Of a DNA stretch of 64,000 bases, positions 39,605 to 54,085 are shown one piece after another. This DNA is from Octopus sinensis. Lineage: Eukaryota. The translations under genes were made by a program, and so were the position numbers. Each line of letters opens with the position of its first letter. The stretch's first letter is position 1. The stretch spans positions 108,996,001-109,060,000 of the forward strand of contig NC_043005.1 of assembly GCF_006345805.1 (NCBI RefSeq), written 5' to 3'. Under the pieces are notes generated by a model. The model saw nothing but the letters and a program-made list of their open reading frames with translations. It had not been told where the DNA came from and ran no database searches.

Positions 39605-39649
<45 letters not shown>

Positions 39650-39924
39650 GGTATTATATGTTGTAGTAATAATGTGTTCTTTGTATTGTACGATTTGTGT
39701 TGTAGAGGAACAAAATCTCTTAGAGACAAGATGTGTGTTGCTTCAATACAATAAACTCTACATCAGTTTCAACATTATCACACTCGTTAGCTGTGATGGC
39801 ATATTCAACAAATGGACATGGCAGCCCTTTTTTGTTGTTAACACAATGACAGAACCATAGATTTGTACGAATATACAAATAGAGGCACATTATAGTGTGC
39901 AGCTGGATAAGTGTTAATGGCATA
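39001..39924. repeat. Direct duplication of about 280-bp unique core (period about 644 bp) bounded by (TA)n
   Basis: 39001-39278 vs 39645-39924; differences are mainly 1-2 nt indels. Confidence 0.9.
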
Positions 39925-40112
39925 ATATATATATATATATATATATGATATATATATACATGTATACATATATACATACATACATATATACATATATACA
40001 TATACATATATACATTATGTAGTATGTGTACATATATATATATTATATATATATATATACATCATACATATATACATATATACATATCTACATATATACA
40101 TATATATATATG

Positions 40113-40146
<34 letters not shown>

Positions 40147-40214
40147 CATTATAACATATATACCTATATATATATATATATATAGATATAGATATATATA
40201 GTATGTATGTATAC

Positions 40215-40253
<39 letters not shown>

Positions 40254-40629
40254 CACACCTACATACCTGTCTGTGTGTATATATTTATATGCATCTGCAT
40301 ATGTATTCATGAATCGACTGAAATCCTATCATTTGATAGGAATTGCCAGCAGTGTGAAATCAAATATTAAAGAAATGCAAAATTTCATTAGTGTTCAACT
40401 GAAATTCATCCCGTCCTTGTCCTCATATTGGTAGTCCATAGAAGAACGTTCATGTAATCGTGCAGAGAGCAAGCAATAACAGCACAATACCAAATGAGCC
40501 AACTGGCATTGTCTTGGAGAAATGGAAGATGGAGAAATGACGGTTGCATGGCTTTATAAAATTTGGGAGACTGATTATTGTAAATTGCCCTCCACATTGA
40601 ATAAGGGACAAGGAATTTATATTCATACA

Positions 40630-40845
40630 TACACACACACACATACATATGTATTCATGTATGTATGTATGTATGTGTGTATGTATGTATGTATGTGTGT
40701 ATGTATGTATGTATGTATGTATGTATGTATGTATGTATGTGTGTGTGTATGTATGTATGTATGTGTGTATGTATGTATGTATGTATGTAAGTATGTATGT
40801 ATGTATGTATGTATGCATGTATGTATGTATGTGTGTATGTATGTA
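40630..40845. repeat. (ATGT)n microsatellite
   Basis: Direct reading. Confidence 0.95.
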
Positions 40846-40984
40846 TAGGTAGATGCAATATAATAATAGAAACAAAATACCTTTCGTCACTAAATGTGAC
40901 TGAGGGTGCTGAAGCCACTTATATTGCTAGAAATAAGAGTTAAAGACTCTTAAATCTATATAAGAGAGTGCAATATATATATAT

Positions 40985-41140
40985 ATATTTCTTTACTACC
41001 CACAAGAGGCTAAACATAGAGGGGACAAACAAGGACAGACAAAGTGATTAAGTCGATAACATTGACCCCAGTGCAAAACTGGTACTTTATTTATCGACCC
41101 CAAAAGGATGAAAGGCAAAGGCAACCTCGGCAGAATTTGA
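40985..41140 (-). mobile_element. SINE family B, 5'-truncated
   Basis: tttctttactacccacaagaggctaaacatagaggggacaaac…aaggatgaaaggcaaag. Confidence 0.8.
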
Positions 41141-41330
41141 AATATATATACATATTTATATATACTGACAGGGAAATAACCACCCCATGACCATCTGTAG
41201 AATCACTAGACTAGACTAGTTTCATCTTTTTCATAATTTCATAATGGCCATGTGGTTGTGAAGCAACCATTTCATCCATACAGTCATACCTGTACAGATA
41301 TGTGTGTATGTGTGTATGTGTGTGTGGTGT

Positions 41331-41373
<43 letters not shown>

Positions 41374-41564
41374 TTAAGTTACATAATTTATATTAATTAC
41401 TAAAGTATCTTAATCAAATAATTATGAAATTAATGACATTTATTCCCGATGAAAACAGCTGTTGAAAGTAATTAAGTTATGAACTATATAGCAAATTTAT
41501 TTGATTTTCTTGTTTTTATCTTAAATTTATTATTTATTTCATACCTTTTACATGGATATGATAT

Positions 41565-41573
41565 GAGAGATAG

Positions 41574-41662
<89 letters not shown>

Positions 41663-41790
41663 AAGATAGATAGACAGATAGATAGATAGATAGATGGATG
41701 GATGGATAGATAGATAGATAGATAGATAGACAGATAGAGAGATAGAGAGATGGATAGAGAGATGGATAGATATAGATAGATAGATATAGA

Positions 41791-41882
<92 letters not shown>

Positions 41883-41900
41883 CAGACAGAAAGAGAGATA
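41565..41900. repeat. (GATA)n/(GACA)n microsatellite
   Basis: Direct reading. Confidence 0.95.
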
Positions 41901-42781
41901 GTTAGACAAGTAGATAGCTTGTGAGAGAGAAAGTGAGAGAGTAAAAAGAGATTTATAGAAAGTAGGGAGTAAAGTAATTCAGCAAATACATTAGACAACA
42001 CTCTATGTTAAAGCGTAGCTAGCAGGATGACAAAATGAGGAAAATGGGAATCCATATTGTTTAAATCCACAGGGCATTCCATATAGACTGTAAGCCAGAG
42101 ATGATTTACTAATCAATTTGTTGGTGCATTTATCATAGAATAATAGCAATCAGATGGAAAAAAGGAAAACGTTATATAACTTTATTCAAGTTTATGATCA
42201 CTTTGAATGGCTAGAGGAACTAATTCATCACTATATGCATTGATTTGAACATATAAGTTTATATTGATCCATGCAAAAATTAATTCATTAACATTTTTAT
42301 GAAGCAGTTTGCTCTCCAGTAGTCTCATCAGACGTTGAATTATTTTGGTAGACTTCGACAAAATACTGTGATAGAGGTGGAGTTATAAAGATTTAGTATT
42401 TCCCTATGAAGACAATGTAATAGAGATAGTAGATGACTAACATTTCAAAGTACCTCCTAAGATTTAGTATAAACTTGTCAATACCACAATCCCTGACAGA
42501 TTAAGATGTCAGCAAGTGAGAAAGTATGCTAGTACAGTGAAAAGAGAGAAAGGGGGATTTTCTATTGTATATGTGCTTCCATAATCACAACACAGCTGTA
42601 ATGGAAGTGTACTGCTATGTCTTCTCTGTGTTAACTTCTCACCTTACTAGGTGATAAGTTAACACAGAGAAGAGATTTGAAGGTAACTAAACAAAGAGAG
42701 ACAGAGAGGGTCGTTCTAATGGATGTATGTAATAAATTATTGCCCACCTATGAAGTGAATTCTTGATAATATTTGGATTAA

Positions 42782-43002
42782 CCCTTTCGTTACCAACCCG
42801 GCTGAAACCGGCTCTGATTCTGAGTACAAATGTCTTGTTTCCATAAGTTTTGAATTAAAATCTGCCATCAAACCTTAGTCACAATTTATGTTCCTAACTC
42901 TAGCTTAATGATAATTTAGTTATTTTACTAAATTCTTTGTTATATTTAAAGTAATTGAAAGAAATACAAAGCATCTCAAAATTAAATACAGTAACGAAAG
43001 GG
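42782..43002. mobile_element. piggyBac-like MITE, TTAA TSD
   Basis: ttaa|ccctttcgttac…gtaacgaaaggg|ttaa; second copy inverted at 54810. Confidence 0.9.
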
Positions 43003-43401
43003 TTAATTCAGTTAAATTTAATTAAATTAGGTGCAATAGTTATGGATAAAAGATTAGTGAAGAAATGAGTAGCTGATATGTTACATAAGAGATGATTCCT
43101 GTAGGGGTAGGAGAATCCATAAGAGAACAGATTAGCCGAGGAAAATTATTTTTGTAGGATTTGGATGCGGAAAATTTGTTTTATTAAATAAATGCGAACA
43201 AAGGATTGAAAATTTGTTTTGCACATTGCTTAAATTAGCTTTGCAATTAATAATTTGCTGTGCCTCTGCTGATCACAGATTACAGCTACCATCATTTATC
43301 TAACAAACTATCTGCAACAGATCACAAAATGGAAAAAGCCTTATATCCCATCCTTTAAGGTTCAAAATGAACTTAGCCTGCAAAGTGTAGTCTTCTTTAC
43401 T

Positions 43402-43792
43402 TGGCTGTGTGGTAAGTAGCTTGCTTACCAACCTCATGGTTCCAGGTTCAGTCCCACTATGTGGCACCTTGGGCAAGTGTCTTCTACTATAGCCTCGGGT
43501 CGACCAAAGCCTTGTGAGTGGATTTGGTAGACGGAAGCTGAAAGAAGCCCGTTGTATATATGTATATATGTGTGTATGTGTGTGCATATGTTTGTGTGTC
43601 TGTGTTTGTCCCCCCAACATTGCTTGACAACCGATGCTGGTATGTTTACGTCCCCGTAACTTAGTGGTTTGGCAAAAGAGACCAATAGAATAAGTACTAG
43701 GCTTACAAAGAATGAATCCTGGGGTCAATTTGCTCAACTGAATATGGTGCTCCAGCATGGCCACAGTCAAATGACTGAAACAAGTAAAAGAG
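43402..43792 (+). mobile_element. SINE family A near full length
   Basis: Head slightly truncated, complete tail. Confidence 0.9.
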
Positions 43793-44824
43793 AGTATTGT
43801 TAGGTAATTTGGTCATGAATTTTGACTATTAGCCCTTTTATAATAATGCATGTTCTCAGGTATTTTGACCAAGGACTTATGCATTAAATTATTCCTTAGA
43901 CACTGGTTTTCTAAAAGGTATTTATCACAGTTCTTACTGTTGTATATTCTGTTAGGTATATTTCCATTGGAGGCCTTATTTATTTTGCTAGTGTTATTTA
44001 TTTTATCAGTAATGCTATTACTAAGAAGAGGTACTATATTATCGTCAGTCTTTTTATGCTAGAGAGATGTGTACTATTTGTAACAGACTCAGATTGGTCT
44101 ATATAATCTGAATAAACATATGGCCACCATTTCTAAAAATTTTGAGCTGCTAACTGTTAATAGCCACTATAATATCTATTAAATTGAAGGTAACAGAATA
44201 TGAAAATTTCACAGTATGTCTATTGAATATCTTAATATATATATATATGCTAGAGAGGGAATATTTGCCTAATGTCTGAGAGAAAATTCCTAAGATGCTT
44301 GTGGATACCTGAATTCTGTCAGAGCATTCTACCATGTGATATTTTTATTACCTAATTTAATTCTATTAATTTTGCTATGTATTGATAATTCATATTGGTA
44401 TAATTGTTCATCAATACTCTTTTATTATTAACATTCATGTATTTTATGTAGTCAAGTTAACCCTTTTTATTATCATACCTTTGCTTCATTTAATTTTGAA
44501 AATAATAAAGAATATAGTAAAGTAACTGCCATTATTGAGCTGAGTTAAGAAACTTAAATTCACATGAAATTATAATAGAAGGTTTCAAATTATATCATTT
44601 TTACGCAGCAAGTTTGTATCATCGTGACCAAGGGTAGCTTCATGTGTTTTGATAGCAAAACGTTTAAGGCATCATAATCAGTGTTTCTTCAGCTGCCTTT
44701 CAGTGATTATTCTTGGTGAATAAATCTGTTTAATACTGTTACCTTTATGATATAATTCCTGCTGAGATGTACATTTATCTGAGATTTTACACTGCAGAAT
44801 ATGTAAGAGCTGTTCTATTGGAGT

Positions 44825-44999
44825 GGCGCAGGAGTGGCTGTGTGGTAAGTAACTTGCTAACCAACCACATGGTTCCGGGTTCAGTCCCACTGCATGGAAT
44901 CTTGGGCAAGTGTCTTCTGCTATAGCCTCAGGCCGACCAAAGCCTTGTGAGTGGATTTGGTAGACGGAAACTGAAAGAAGCCTGTCGTATATATGTATA

Positions 45000-45048
<49 letters not shown>

Positions 45049-45263
45049 ATATGTATGTGTGTGTATATGTTTGTGTGTCTGTGTTTGTCCCCCTAGCATT
45101 GTTTGACAACCGATGCTGGTGTGTTTACGTCCCCGCCACTTAGCGGTTCAGCAAAAGAGACCGATAGAATAAGTACTGGGCTTACAAAGAATAAGTCAAT
45201 TTGCTCGACTAAAGGCAGTGCTCCAGCATGGCCACAGTTAAATGACTGAAACAAGTAAAAGAG
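44825..45263 (+). mobile_element. SINE family A full length
   Basis: Complete head to tail. Confidence 0.9.
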
Positions 45264-45286
45264 TATTGTGTTTGAAGCCCCTCCAC

Positions 45287-45326
<40 letters not shown>

Positions 45327-45427
45327 TTATCTATCTGTCTATCATATTTTCAAGAAACAATGATGAAGCATATGAGGTCTGCACCTCCAAAATTTATGGA
45401 ACATCATTCTATAACTATCTACAGTTT

Positions 45428-45590
45428 CATGGCTGTGTGGTAAGTAGTTTGCCTCCTAACCACATGGGTCCTGGGTTCAGTCCTACTGCATGGAGCTTTG
45501 AATAAGTGTCTTCCACTTCAGCCCTGGACCTATTAAAACCTTGTGAGAGGGCTTGGTAGATGGAAACTGAAAGAATACTGTTGTATATAT
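45428..45590 (+). mobile_element. SINE family A 5' half
   Basis: tggctgtgtggtaagtagtttgc…ggaaactgaaagaa then microsatellite. Confidence 0.75.
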
Positions 45591-45645
45591 GTGTATGTGT
45601 GCATGTGTGTATGCCTGAATGTGTGTAAAAAAATATATATATATG

Positions 45646-45709
<64 letters not shown>

Positions 45710-46447
45710 TGGGTGCAAAATTACATGACACCTGCATTGGCCATAATTATGGTTTCACTTGACTTCACAGGTCTTCTCAAGTACAATATATTGCTCACAT
45801 CATATGTTAGTCTATTTGTGCAATTTTTTTTCAACAAATACACTCATGTATAATCCACCATTTTTTTATTGATAAATTTTCTACTTCAATTAAGTTAGTT
45901 TTTATACGGATTTGAGGCATCTGGAAAGAGTTATTCATTTAAATGTACATGGGGAATAGATGGAAAATATTTCCGCTCAAGATTACAGAATGTATATAAT
46001 ATAAAAAATATTTTGAAATTTCGTCAATACAGTAGAGGATTTTATTGGGTTTTTTTACATGGTGAAACTCAGATTTGTTTACATTTAAGTGTTACATCCA
46101 AAAGTTTATGACTTTTTGAAAAGTGTTAATGCTGATCGTTAATCTTAGATCTTTGAAAAAGCTGTGAAGGTTTTGAGGATTATTACTGATTCGTTCCAGC
46201 TTTATACTTCAGAGAATAAGTAGTGGCAATGTTCTCCATAAATTCATCTTTTAATGTGTTGGAATTTGAAATGTAAGTTATTAAAACATAAATTCCAACA
46301 TCGACACTGACTCTACAGAGCAATTTGGGCCCATACTCATATCATTTAAATTCTATATCCAAATGGAATTATATTGATTTACATATATATATATAGACAC
46401 CTATATACATATAAATAAGCATATATATATATATATATATATAATAT

Positions 46448-46478
<31 letters not shown>

Positions 46479-46540
46479 TATATATACACTATATATATAC
46501 AAATACATATATACATATATATATACATACATATATACAT

Positions 46541-46586
<46 letters not shown>

Positions 46587-47879
46587 CATTGTATATATGT
46601 ATATACATATATACATTAGTACATATATACATATATGTATACGTATATATATATGTGGATGTGCACCATACACACACACACATATATACAATCGTATTCA
46701 CTTCATGCTTCTCTTCTAAAATTTTGGATTTATTCATATTTCAATTTTTTTTTACTTCTGTCATAAGTATTTTTATTTTATTGCAGGGGACTCATTTCTC
46801 TCCATTTATTTGCTCTCATTAAATATTTTTGACACAAGAAAGGAAACCCATTTCATTCAATCAAACCAGGTGATAACAAAAGTAAACTTTTTTATTTCCT
46901 TATTTAGTTGTCAATATATTTTAATCTTGACTGTTTCTCTCACCATCCACTGGCTCTCTCTCTACATAAACATATATTTGTGCGTGTTTGAGTATGTATG
47001 TGTGTGTGTATGATTGTGTGTGTATGGGTGTATGTGTACTTTGTATGTTTTTAATACATCCTCTTAAATCTGTCAAGTGTTATTGATGTTTTTAGCGGTT
47101 TTTGTCATTTCTTATGTTCATACAAAAAATAAATAAATAAATGAATAAAACAAAATAAAATCTACACTCTTGAAGGGATGAGTTCCTTGTATCTTGCTGT
47201 TGTCATTGTTATTATAATATGTGTGTGTGCACGTGCATAAGTGTGTGTGTGCATTCATGCATGTGTGCGTGTGTTATTTTAATTCATTTCTTTTTTGTTT
47301 TGAAATATCCTCTCTTATCTTTATTTGGTTAGAAATGTATGCTTATTTTTCTTTAAACGATCTATTCATTTGCTTCTTTCTTCCACCATCATCGCTGTTA
47401 CTATGGAAAGCAAGGCACTGGCAGAATTGCTAGAATATCAGAGAGATTCGTTTACTGAATTCATTCCAGCTCTCACTATCCTGTGTTCAAATATTTTCTA
47501 CAAGTTTTGCATAAAGTTATTTTCCAAATTATTGGATTCAGTTGACAACTTTTTATCTCAACATCAGAACTAACTTCATTCCACCTAACTTCATAATCAC
47601 TGGTCTCTAAATACAGTTATACTTTTATTAAATATGTTTTAATTCTACTTGTTCTATTCAAAATGTATATTAGTATTTTTTACAAATTTACATGCTATAT
47701 ATGAAGTGTTCTTCATATTTGAGGCCTCAATGAAGCTATACAGTGTTACTCAAATACTCATCTATGAGTCAACTGCACCTAATTGCAGAAACAGCTGTAA
47801 GCTAATGAAGTTCATTAGATAATTATTTATTGTTTTGTGATCACATTTTCATGATATATATATATATAATCTTCTTTTC

Positions 47880-48100
47880 TTTCATTCTTTTACTTGTTTC
47901 AGTCATTTGACTGTGGCCATGCTAGAGTAGCATGTTAAAAGGGTTTTAGACAAAGGAATCAATACCAGGACTTAATCTGTGTAAACCTAATACTAATTCT
48001 ATTGGTCTCTTTTGCTGAGCCACTAAGTTATGGGGACATAAACATACCAGTGTCGATTTTCAAAGGAAAGTGAGTGGAGGGCAAACACAGACACACAGAC
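47880..48100 (-). mobile_element. SINE family A-related 3' half
   Basis: cttttacttgtttcagtcatttgactgtggccatgct…. Confidence 0.7.
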
Positions 48101-48122
48101 ACATAAATAAATGCATTCAAAA

Positions 48123-48163
<41 letters not shown>

Positions 48164-48225
48164 TACATATACATGCATATGCATATACATACATATACAT
48201 ATACATATATATACATACATGTGCG

Positions 48226-48258
<33 letters not shown>

Positions 48259-48589
48259 TTCTGCATGAGTTAGAAGTTAGGAAACCAACCAACTAAGGGA
48301 TAATATCTAACCAGTATACTACTGGTAGTGTACCCAATTATTCGTACCCAAGTGCTAGTTGTTGCGTGGCAATATCGCAATTGAGTGTTATATATGGGCA
48401 GGGGTAAAAAAGTGGTTTACCCTTAATTTATACAGCAAATAAGAAAATGGAGAGGATGCAAAAATGAAATACATGTCTATTTATTCCAAAGTATTAGAAA
48501 GTATTAGAATACATACACATGTAATAACAATGTGTTACACACACATGTATTAATATTAGAGAAAAGAGCAAAAAGATCAGATTGTCAGT

Positions 48590-49190
48590 AGGTTCTAACT
48601 CCTTACAGCTGTTTCTGCCAAGAGGCAACAAAATCCTCCATGCCATCTCCATCTCAGTGTTCTGCAGAGATCGGCAGATAAAGTTTGGATGATGAATGTA
48701 CCTCTAGGCTTCTTCAGAGGGTCTAAGTGGTTGGGAGGGTTAATACATATAAGAAACAGTTACCAATAGGTACAGTGTGTTTGTCTTTCTGAAAGGGCAG
48801 AAAAAGAATAGGAGCAAACATGGGGATGTCAGTGAAGCACGAATTATTAAAATTATTTGGGTATAGGAAGGGGAATAAGGTACAGACTTCCCATGATGTA
48901 TTCCAAGATCCATGTTATTTCGTCCAATTGGGGATAGGTGAAAATTTAGTTGTCCTCAGGAGGAGTTTTTTCAGGAAGGGTGAATTTAGGCAATAGTTCA
49001 CATTATGTTTACGTAGAAATACAGTGGTGGATTTGAAGGTATGGTCTGTGTTATGGAGGTGGAAGTTTATATGTAAAGTGCCAGCTAGTAGATGCAATGT
49101 TGCAGATGGTATGGCATAAGCAGCCTATGATGGTGAACCCATCACGGGAAAATTTGGTATATGAGTGTACTAATGAGAGTAAGGAACCTG
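48590..49190 (-). mobile_element. Probable decayed Penelope-like 3' end (GIY-YIG C-terminus and terminal repeat)
   Basis: Minus strand HINFHLHNTDHTF…KKLLLRTTKFSP resembles PLE C-terminal HFN…H…LxTLxPxGxN; ends with an HHR 3'-half tgcc tctt ggca GAAAC AGCT GTA. Confidence 0.4.
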
Positions 49191-49449
49191 GTGGGACCAA
49201 AGTGCAGGGTTAGTGTTTGTTATTTTTTGCCGATCAACAAGTCTCGGAATCCCTGCGTGTACTGGGGTGGGGGTCATGGTCAGTCCTACAACCTAATTGG
49301 TCTGCTATTTATTTTTAAAAAACCATGGCATGGTAACGGTTCTTTGATGGTTAACTGATAAAACAAAACAAATCACATAAATAAATAAATAAATAAACCA
49401 TGGCCATTATGGGCAAGTAAATGAGCAAAATAAAATTAAAAACAAGTAA

Positions 49450-50305
49450 TGTGATGTCATATATGTTGGTGTAATGCTTTGCTGCTCCTTTATCAATGTC
49501 TTCATAAAGCCCACTTTGTCTGGTGGACCATCATTCCATACATGGAAGAATTTCGCATTGACACAAAGCAATTCTGTTTGATCTATTCTCAAAATCTATT
49601 TTGAATTTACAGTTGGATTGGGTTAGAACTGATGGATCCCCATTTTCTCAACCATTCATAAGTGAGTAAGTGCAATAACTAAAACAATATGACTAAAGGA
49701 AGAGGATCCTAAAGGACAGCATAAGAAAAATAAAAGAGTATAAATGATTAAAGATATAAGCATATAAAACATATATCTATCAATGAAAATACTGGTTAGT
49801 TACCAATCCATGGAAAGTTCCACTATAAGGTAACTCTATATATCAGCAAGAAACTGTCAAATCCTCATTGTCTGGCTAGACAATAGAAGGCCTTAATCCC
49901 CTCAATCCTTTGCAAGCCCATAACTCCTAATAGTCATAGGTGTCTGAGCCATGTCTAGGTTATGATTCTTGTATACCCATTTGCATCCAACTTTTGTAGC
50001 ACCATTTTGATTTGGAACCTGAATAAACCCATCATCTGTATCAATCACATAGATGCTTTTGATATTGTGGGTTGACTCTTGATCGAAGTTTTTGTGATGT
50101 CATATATGTTGGTGTAATGCTTTGCTGCTCCTTTATCAATTTCCTCATAAAGTCCACTTTTGTCTGGTGGACCATCATTCCATACATGGAAGAATTTCGC
50201 GTTATTGACACAAAGCAATTTTGTTTGATCTATTCTCAAAATCTATTTTGAATTTACAATTGGATTGGGTTAGAACTGATGGATCCCCATTTTCTCAACC
50301 ATTCA
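49450..50305. repeat. Direct repeat of about 210 bp (49450-49658 and 50093-50305) within a coding-like decayed tract
   Basis: Near-identical copies differing by several substitutions and a 3-nt indel. Confidence 0.85.
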
Positions 50306-51552
50306 GTGAATTCCAGAAGAATCCTTTAATGATATGGAAAGATGCTGTTTCATTATACTCTCTACCTCACATGGCAAAATTATTTTGGCTCTTTTAAATC
50401 AGTTTCCTTCTCAATATTAGGATTTCACTCTGTTGAGATTGACTTTGCCTTTCATCCTTTCAGGGTTGATAAGTTAAGGACCAGTTGCATACTAGGGTCA
50501 ATTTAATCAACTGGCTTCCTCCCCAGAAATTTAGGGCCTTGTGCCTAGAGTAGAGAAGAATATTAGGATTTCACAAAAATATTCTAAAATATTTTATTGC
50601 ATTTTCCAGATTCAAAATATTTTTTTCAGGAGAGTTATCTATGAATTAGCAGACACAGAGACACTTTTCTAAAACAATAAGAGAGAGAGAGAGAGAGTGT
50701 GTGTGTGTGTGTGTGTGTGTATGCATGTGTGTGTGTGCATGTGTGTAAGCATTCAGGGACCTAGACTTAATCTAGTGGATACTTTGTGGGTACATTGGCA
50801 GCTACTCTGGCATAAGTACCACACTTCAGGCTATTTCATACAAACTTCAGGCTATGTCTTCAACCTGACTTAATATTTGTTTCTATTATGATGTTGTACC
50901 AACAAATTATATCATAATATTACAGGAGCAGAATTATTACAAAGAAAATTGATTGTTTTGTAAGTGCACAGTGCTCACCTATTACACTCAAAAATTTACA
51001 CCTCTGCTGGAGGCATTAATTGCTATGTGTTATAATATTGTTCTAAGTATACTTACAATAATTTCCTATAATATATATGTGATAAGTAAGATTATTTAAT
51101 TATGTATATACTTGTAGTTTATATTGTCGCTGGTGAACTTGAAGAGTGGTAAAGCATTGGATAGAATTTCTCATGAGATTTGCTTCACTCAAAAGTTCAG
51201 CTTTTGGTGAGGTCAGCTTTGCCTTTGTCTTTTAGTGTTTGCTAAAGAGAAAGTACGATCCAGAGTGATGAATGACTGGAACTGTTAGAGTACCAGGAAA
51301 AATATCATTTTCCATTCTGACAGGGACAACACAGGTGGCAAGCTGTATCAATATATAAAGTGCATTACATTCATGTGAACAACCTTTGTGGCAATGGAAA
51401 GAGGAGGCTTGCTTGCAGTTTTCCACCAAAGAAAATCTTGCTCAGCTCTATGCACATTTATATTGATAAACAGCAATTCCTTGGTGATGAGTAGTCCCTT
51501 ATTTCATAGTGTACAGTGTTTTGTTGAGATATTGATGATAATAATTATCATA

Positions 51553-51723
51553 GGTGTAGGAGTGGCTGTGTGATAAGTAGCTTGCTTACGAACCACATGG
51601 TTCTGGGTTCAGTCCCACTGCATGGCACTTTGGGCAAGTGTCTTCTGCTATAGCCTCAAGCCAACAAGAGCCTTGGGAGTGGATTTGGTAGATGGAAACT
51701 GAGAGAAGCCTGTCGTATATATG

Positions 51724-51754
<31 letters not shown>

Positions 51755-51766
51755 GTATGTATATGC

Positions 51767-51806
<40 letters not shown>

Positions 51807-52014
51807 TTGTGTGTCTGTGTTTGTCCCCATACATCGCTTGACAACTGATGGTGGTGTGTTTATGTCCCTGTAACTTAGCGGTTCAGCAAAAGAGACCGAT
51901 AGAATAAGTACCATGCTTACAAAGAATAAGTCCTATAGTCAATTTGCTCAACTAAAGGCGGTGCTCCAGCATGGCCACAGTCAAATGACTGAAACAAGTA
52001 AAAGAGTAAAAGAG
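51553..52014 (+). mobile_element. SINE family A full length
   Basis: Complete head to tail. Confidence 0.9.
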
Positions 52015-52439
52015 TATGTAGCTAGTTGTTTATTGTTAGTGAAATACGAAAAGATGAAATAATAGTCCTCTGTATGTATGCCATATTATTATAGTTTAAT
52101 ACTAGTTTATACCTGATCAAGTAGATTTAGTGTGCAAGGAAGTTCAGCTGTGAGTATCTCATCCTTTTAGAGTTATCTCTGCAAACTACATCATGTTTTT
52201 AATACGATAGGGTGTAATTTGAGAAAGATGAGGTTGTTGTTTCTAGTAGATTAAGCAGCTGCGTAGAGGCATCCCCATTGTGTTGTTTGACAAGTCATGA
52301 GGTTATCAGTTAAGAATTTGGTAACGGGTCATGTTAGACAGACAGGGTAGGCAAGGCCTTTCTTTCGCACACTAGAGTATTCATCAAAGTTTTAGTTAGA
52401 AATATACAAGCACAAAGAGATATTGAAAGAAAGTCAACT

Positions 52440-52920
52440 GTGTGGCACCCTGGGCAAGTGTCTTCTACTATAGCCTCGGGCCGACCAAAGCCTTGTGAGT
52501 GGATTTGGTAGATGGAAACTGAAAGAGAAGCCTGTCGTATATATGTATATATGTATATAAAAACCAGCTTAGAGAAGAAGAAGAAACGAAACGAAACCCA
52601 ACGAATCGAATCGAATCGATGTGAAGGCGCTCAGTCATACAATAGTGTAATAAATAAAATATATGCATACATACAAACATATATGTACGTACCTATGCGT
52701 GTGTTTGTTTGTGTGTCTGTGTTTGTCCCCCTAGCATTGCTTGACAACCGATGCTGGTGTGTTTATGTCCCCGTTACTTAGCGGTTCGGCAAAAGAGACT
52801 GATAAAATAAGTACTGGGCTTACAAAAAGAATAAGTCCCGGGGTCGAGTTGCTCGATTAAAGGCTGTGCTCCAGCATGGCCGCAGTCAAATGACTGAAAC
52901 AAGTAAAAGAGTAAAAGAGT
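52440..52920 (+). mobile_element. SINE family A, 5'-truncated, with an insertion in the central microsatellite
   Basis: Core and tail intact; about 100 bp of non-SINE sequence at 52560-52660. Confidence 0.85.
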
Positions 52921-53753
52921 AAGCTGTATTTTGAACTTGAAATATTGTTATGGAAAAACTAAGCTTCCTAGAAACATACCACCCCAGTCTTTGGCTATTA
53001 GGTAATAATTTTCACTCAAAAACAATATCCTCTCAATCAATAAATGATGTGGTAATTATGTACCAAGTTATATTTCGCTGATGAGAACTAACATGACTGA
53101 AACATGTGTGTAAAGTTGTATTTAAACTTGTCAAAGATCAGATTTCTTCATTCCTACAAGATTTTATTTAAATTATATATAATTTTAATTTCAGGGTTCC
53201 TTCTTTTACCGTCATTTACAAAAACTGTCATTATCATAGATGGCTTTTCTTCTCATTAAGAGTTCAAATTTAATTAAATGAATTGTTTTGGTTAATCAAA
53301 TTAAGTATGCACTTAAGTTTGCACTTAAGAATATATGGTGTTATATCTGAAAAATCGATTAACTTTATTTAAAACTTTTCCTCCTCCATTTCTTTCTCTT
53401 TCACCCTCCCCACTTTCTTCCTCTCCCATTTTACAGAAAACCCTTATTTTCCCCTTATTTCCTTCTGTCTGTCCTGCTCCCCTTTATTTTATTTATATTT
53501 CATTTTACAAGGAATCATAGTTTTTTGTATTTTTTTTATTCTTGCTTGGCTTAATTTTTTCTCATTTTATTTATCAGAAACAATACATAAATAGATAAGA
53601 CATGTTATCTTTCTTGGAGATTAAGAAGAAAGAAAAAAAAGGAATGAACAATTTGCTTTGGTTAAACTAAATCCCTGGGTATGCATACATGTTTTTGTCT
53701 GTGTTTATGTATTTATCTGTGTGTGCATTTATATATATACATGTATCTATGTG

Positions 53754-53792
<39 letters not shown>

Positions 53793-53805
53793 CATCATCA
53801 TCATC

Positions 53806-53852
<47 letters not shown>

Positions 53853-53937
53853 CAGAGACAGACAGACAGATAGATAAATCTACTGATAGACAAACAGACA
53901 GACAGACTGACAGATAGATAGATAGATAGACAGAGAT

Positions 53938-53973
<36 letters not shown>

Positions 53974-54053
53974 AGAGAGAGACAGAGACAGAGACAGACA
54001 GACAGATAAATAAATTTACTGATAGACAGAGACTGACAGATAGATAGATAGAT

Positions 54054-54085
<32 letters not shown>

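Noticed and set aside
47761-47803. HHR-like GAAAC AGCT GTA with a tgca/tgca stem
   Set aside because: No correctly spaced CUGANGA and no stem I partner
48598-48632. Complete HHR at the end of the PLE-like remnant
   Set aside because: Only stem II, GAAAC and stem III survive; the 5' core is unrecognisable
49960-50010. VGCKWVYK as a copia RT motif
   Set aside because: Isolated 8-residue match with no other copia motifs or LTRs
53074-53112. CTGATGA…GAAAC ATGT motif
   Set aside because: No convincing stem I or II, and the triplet would end in G
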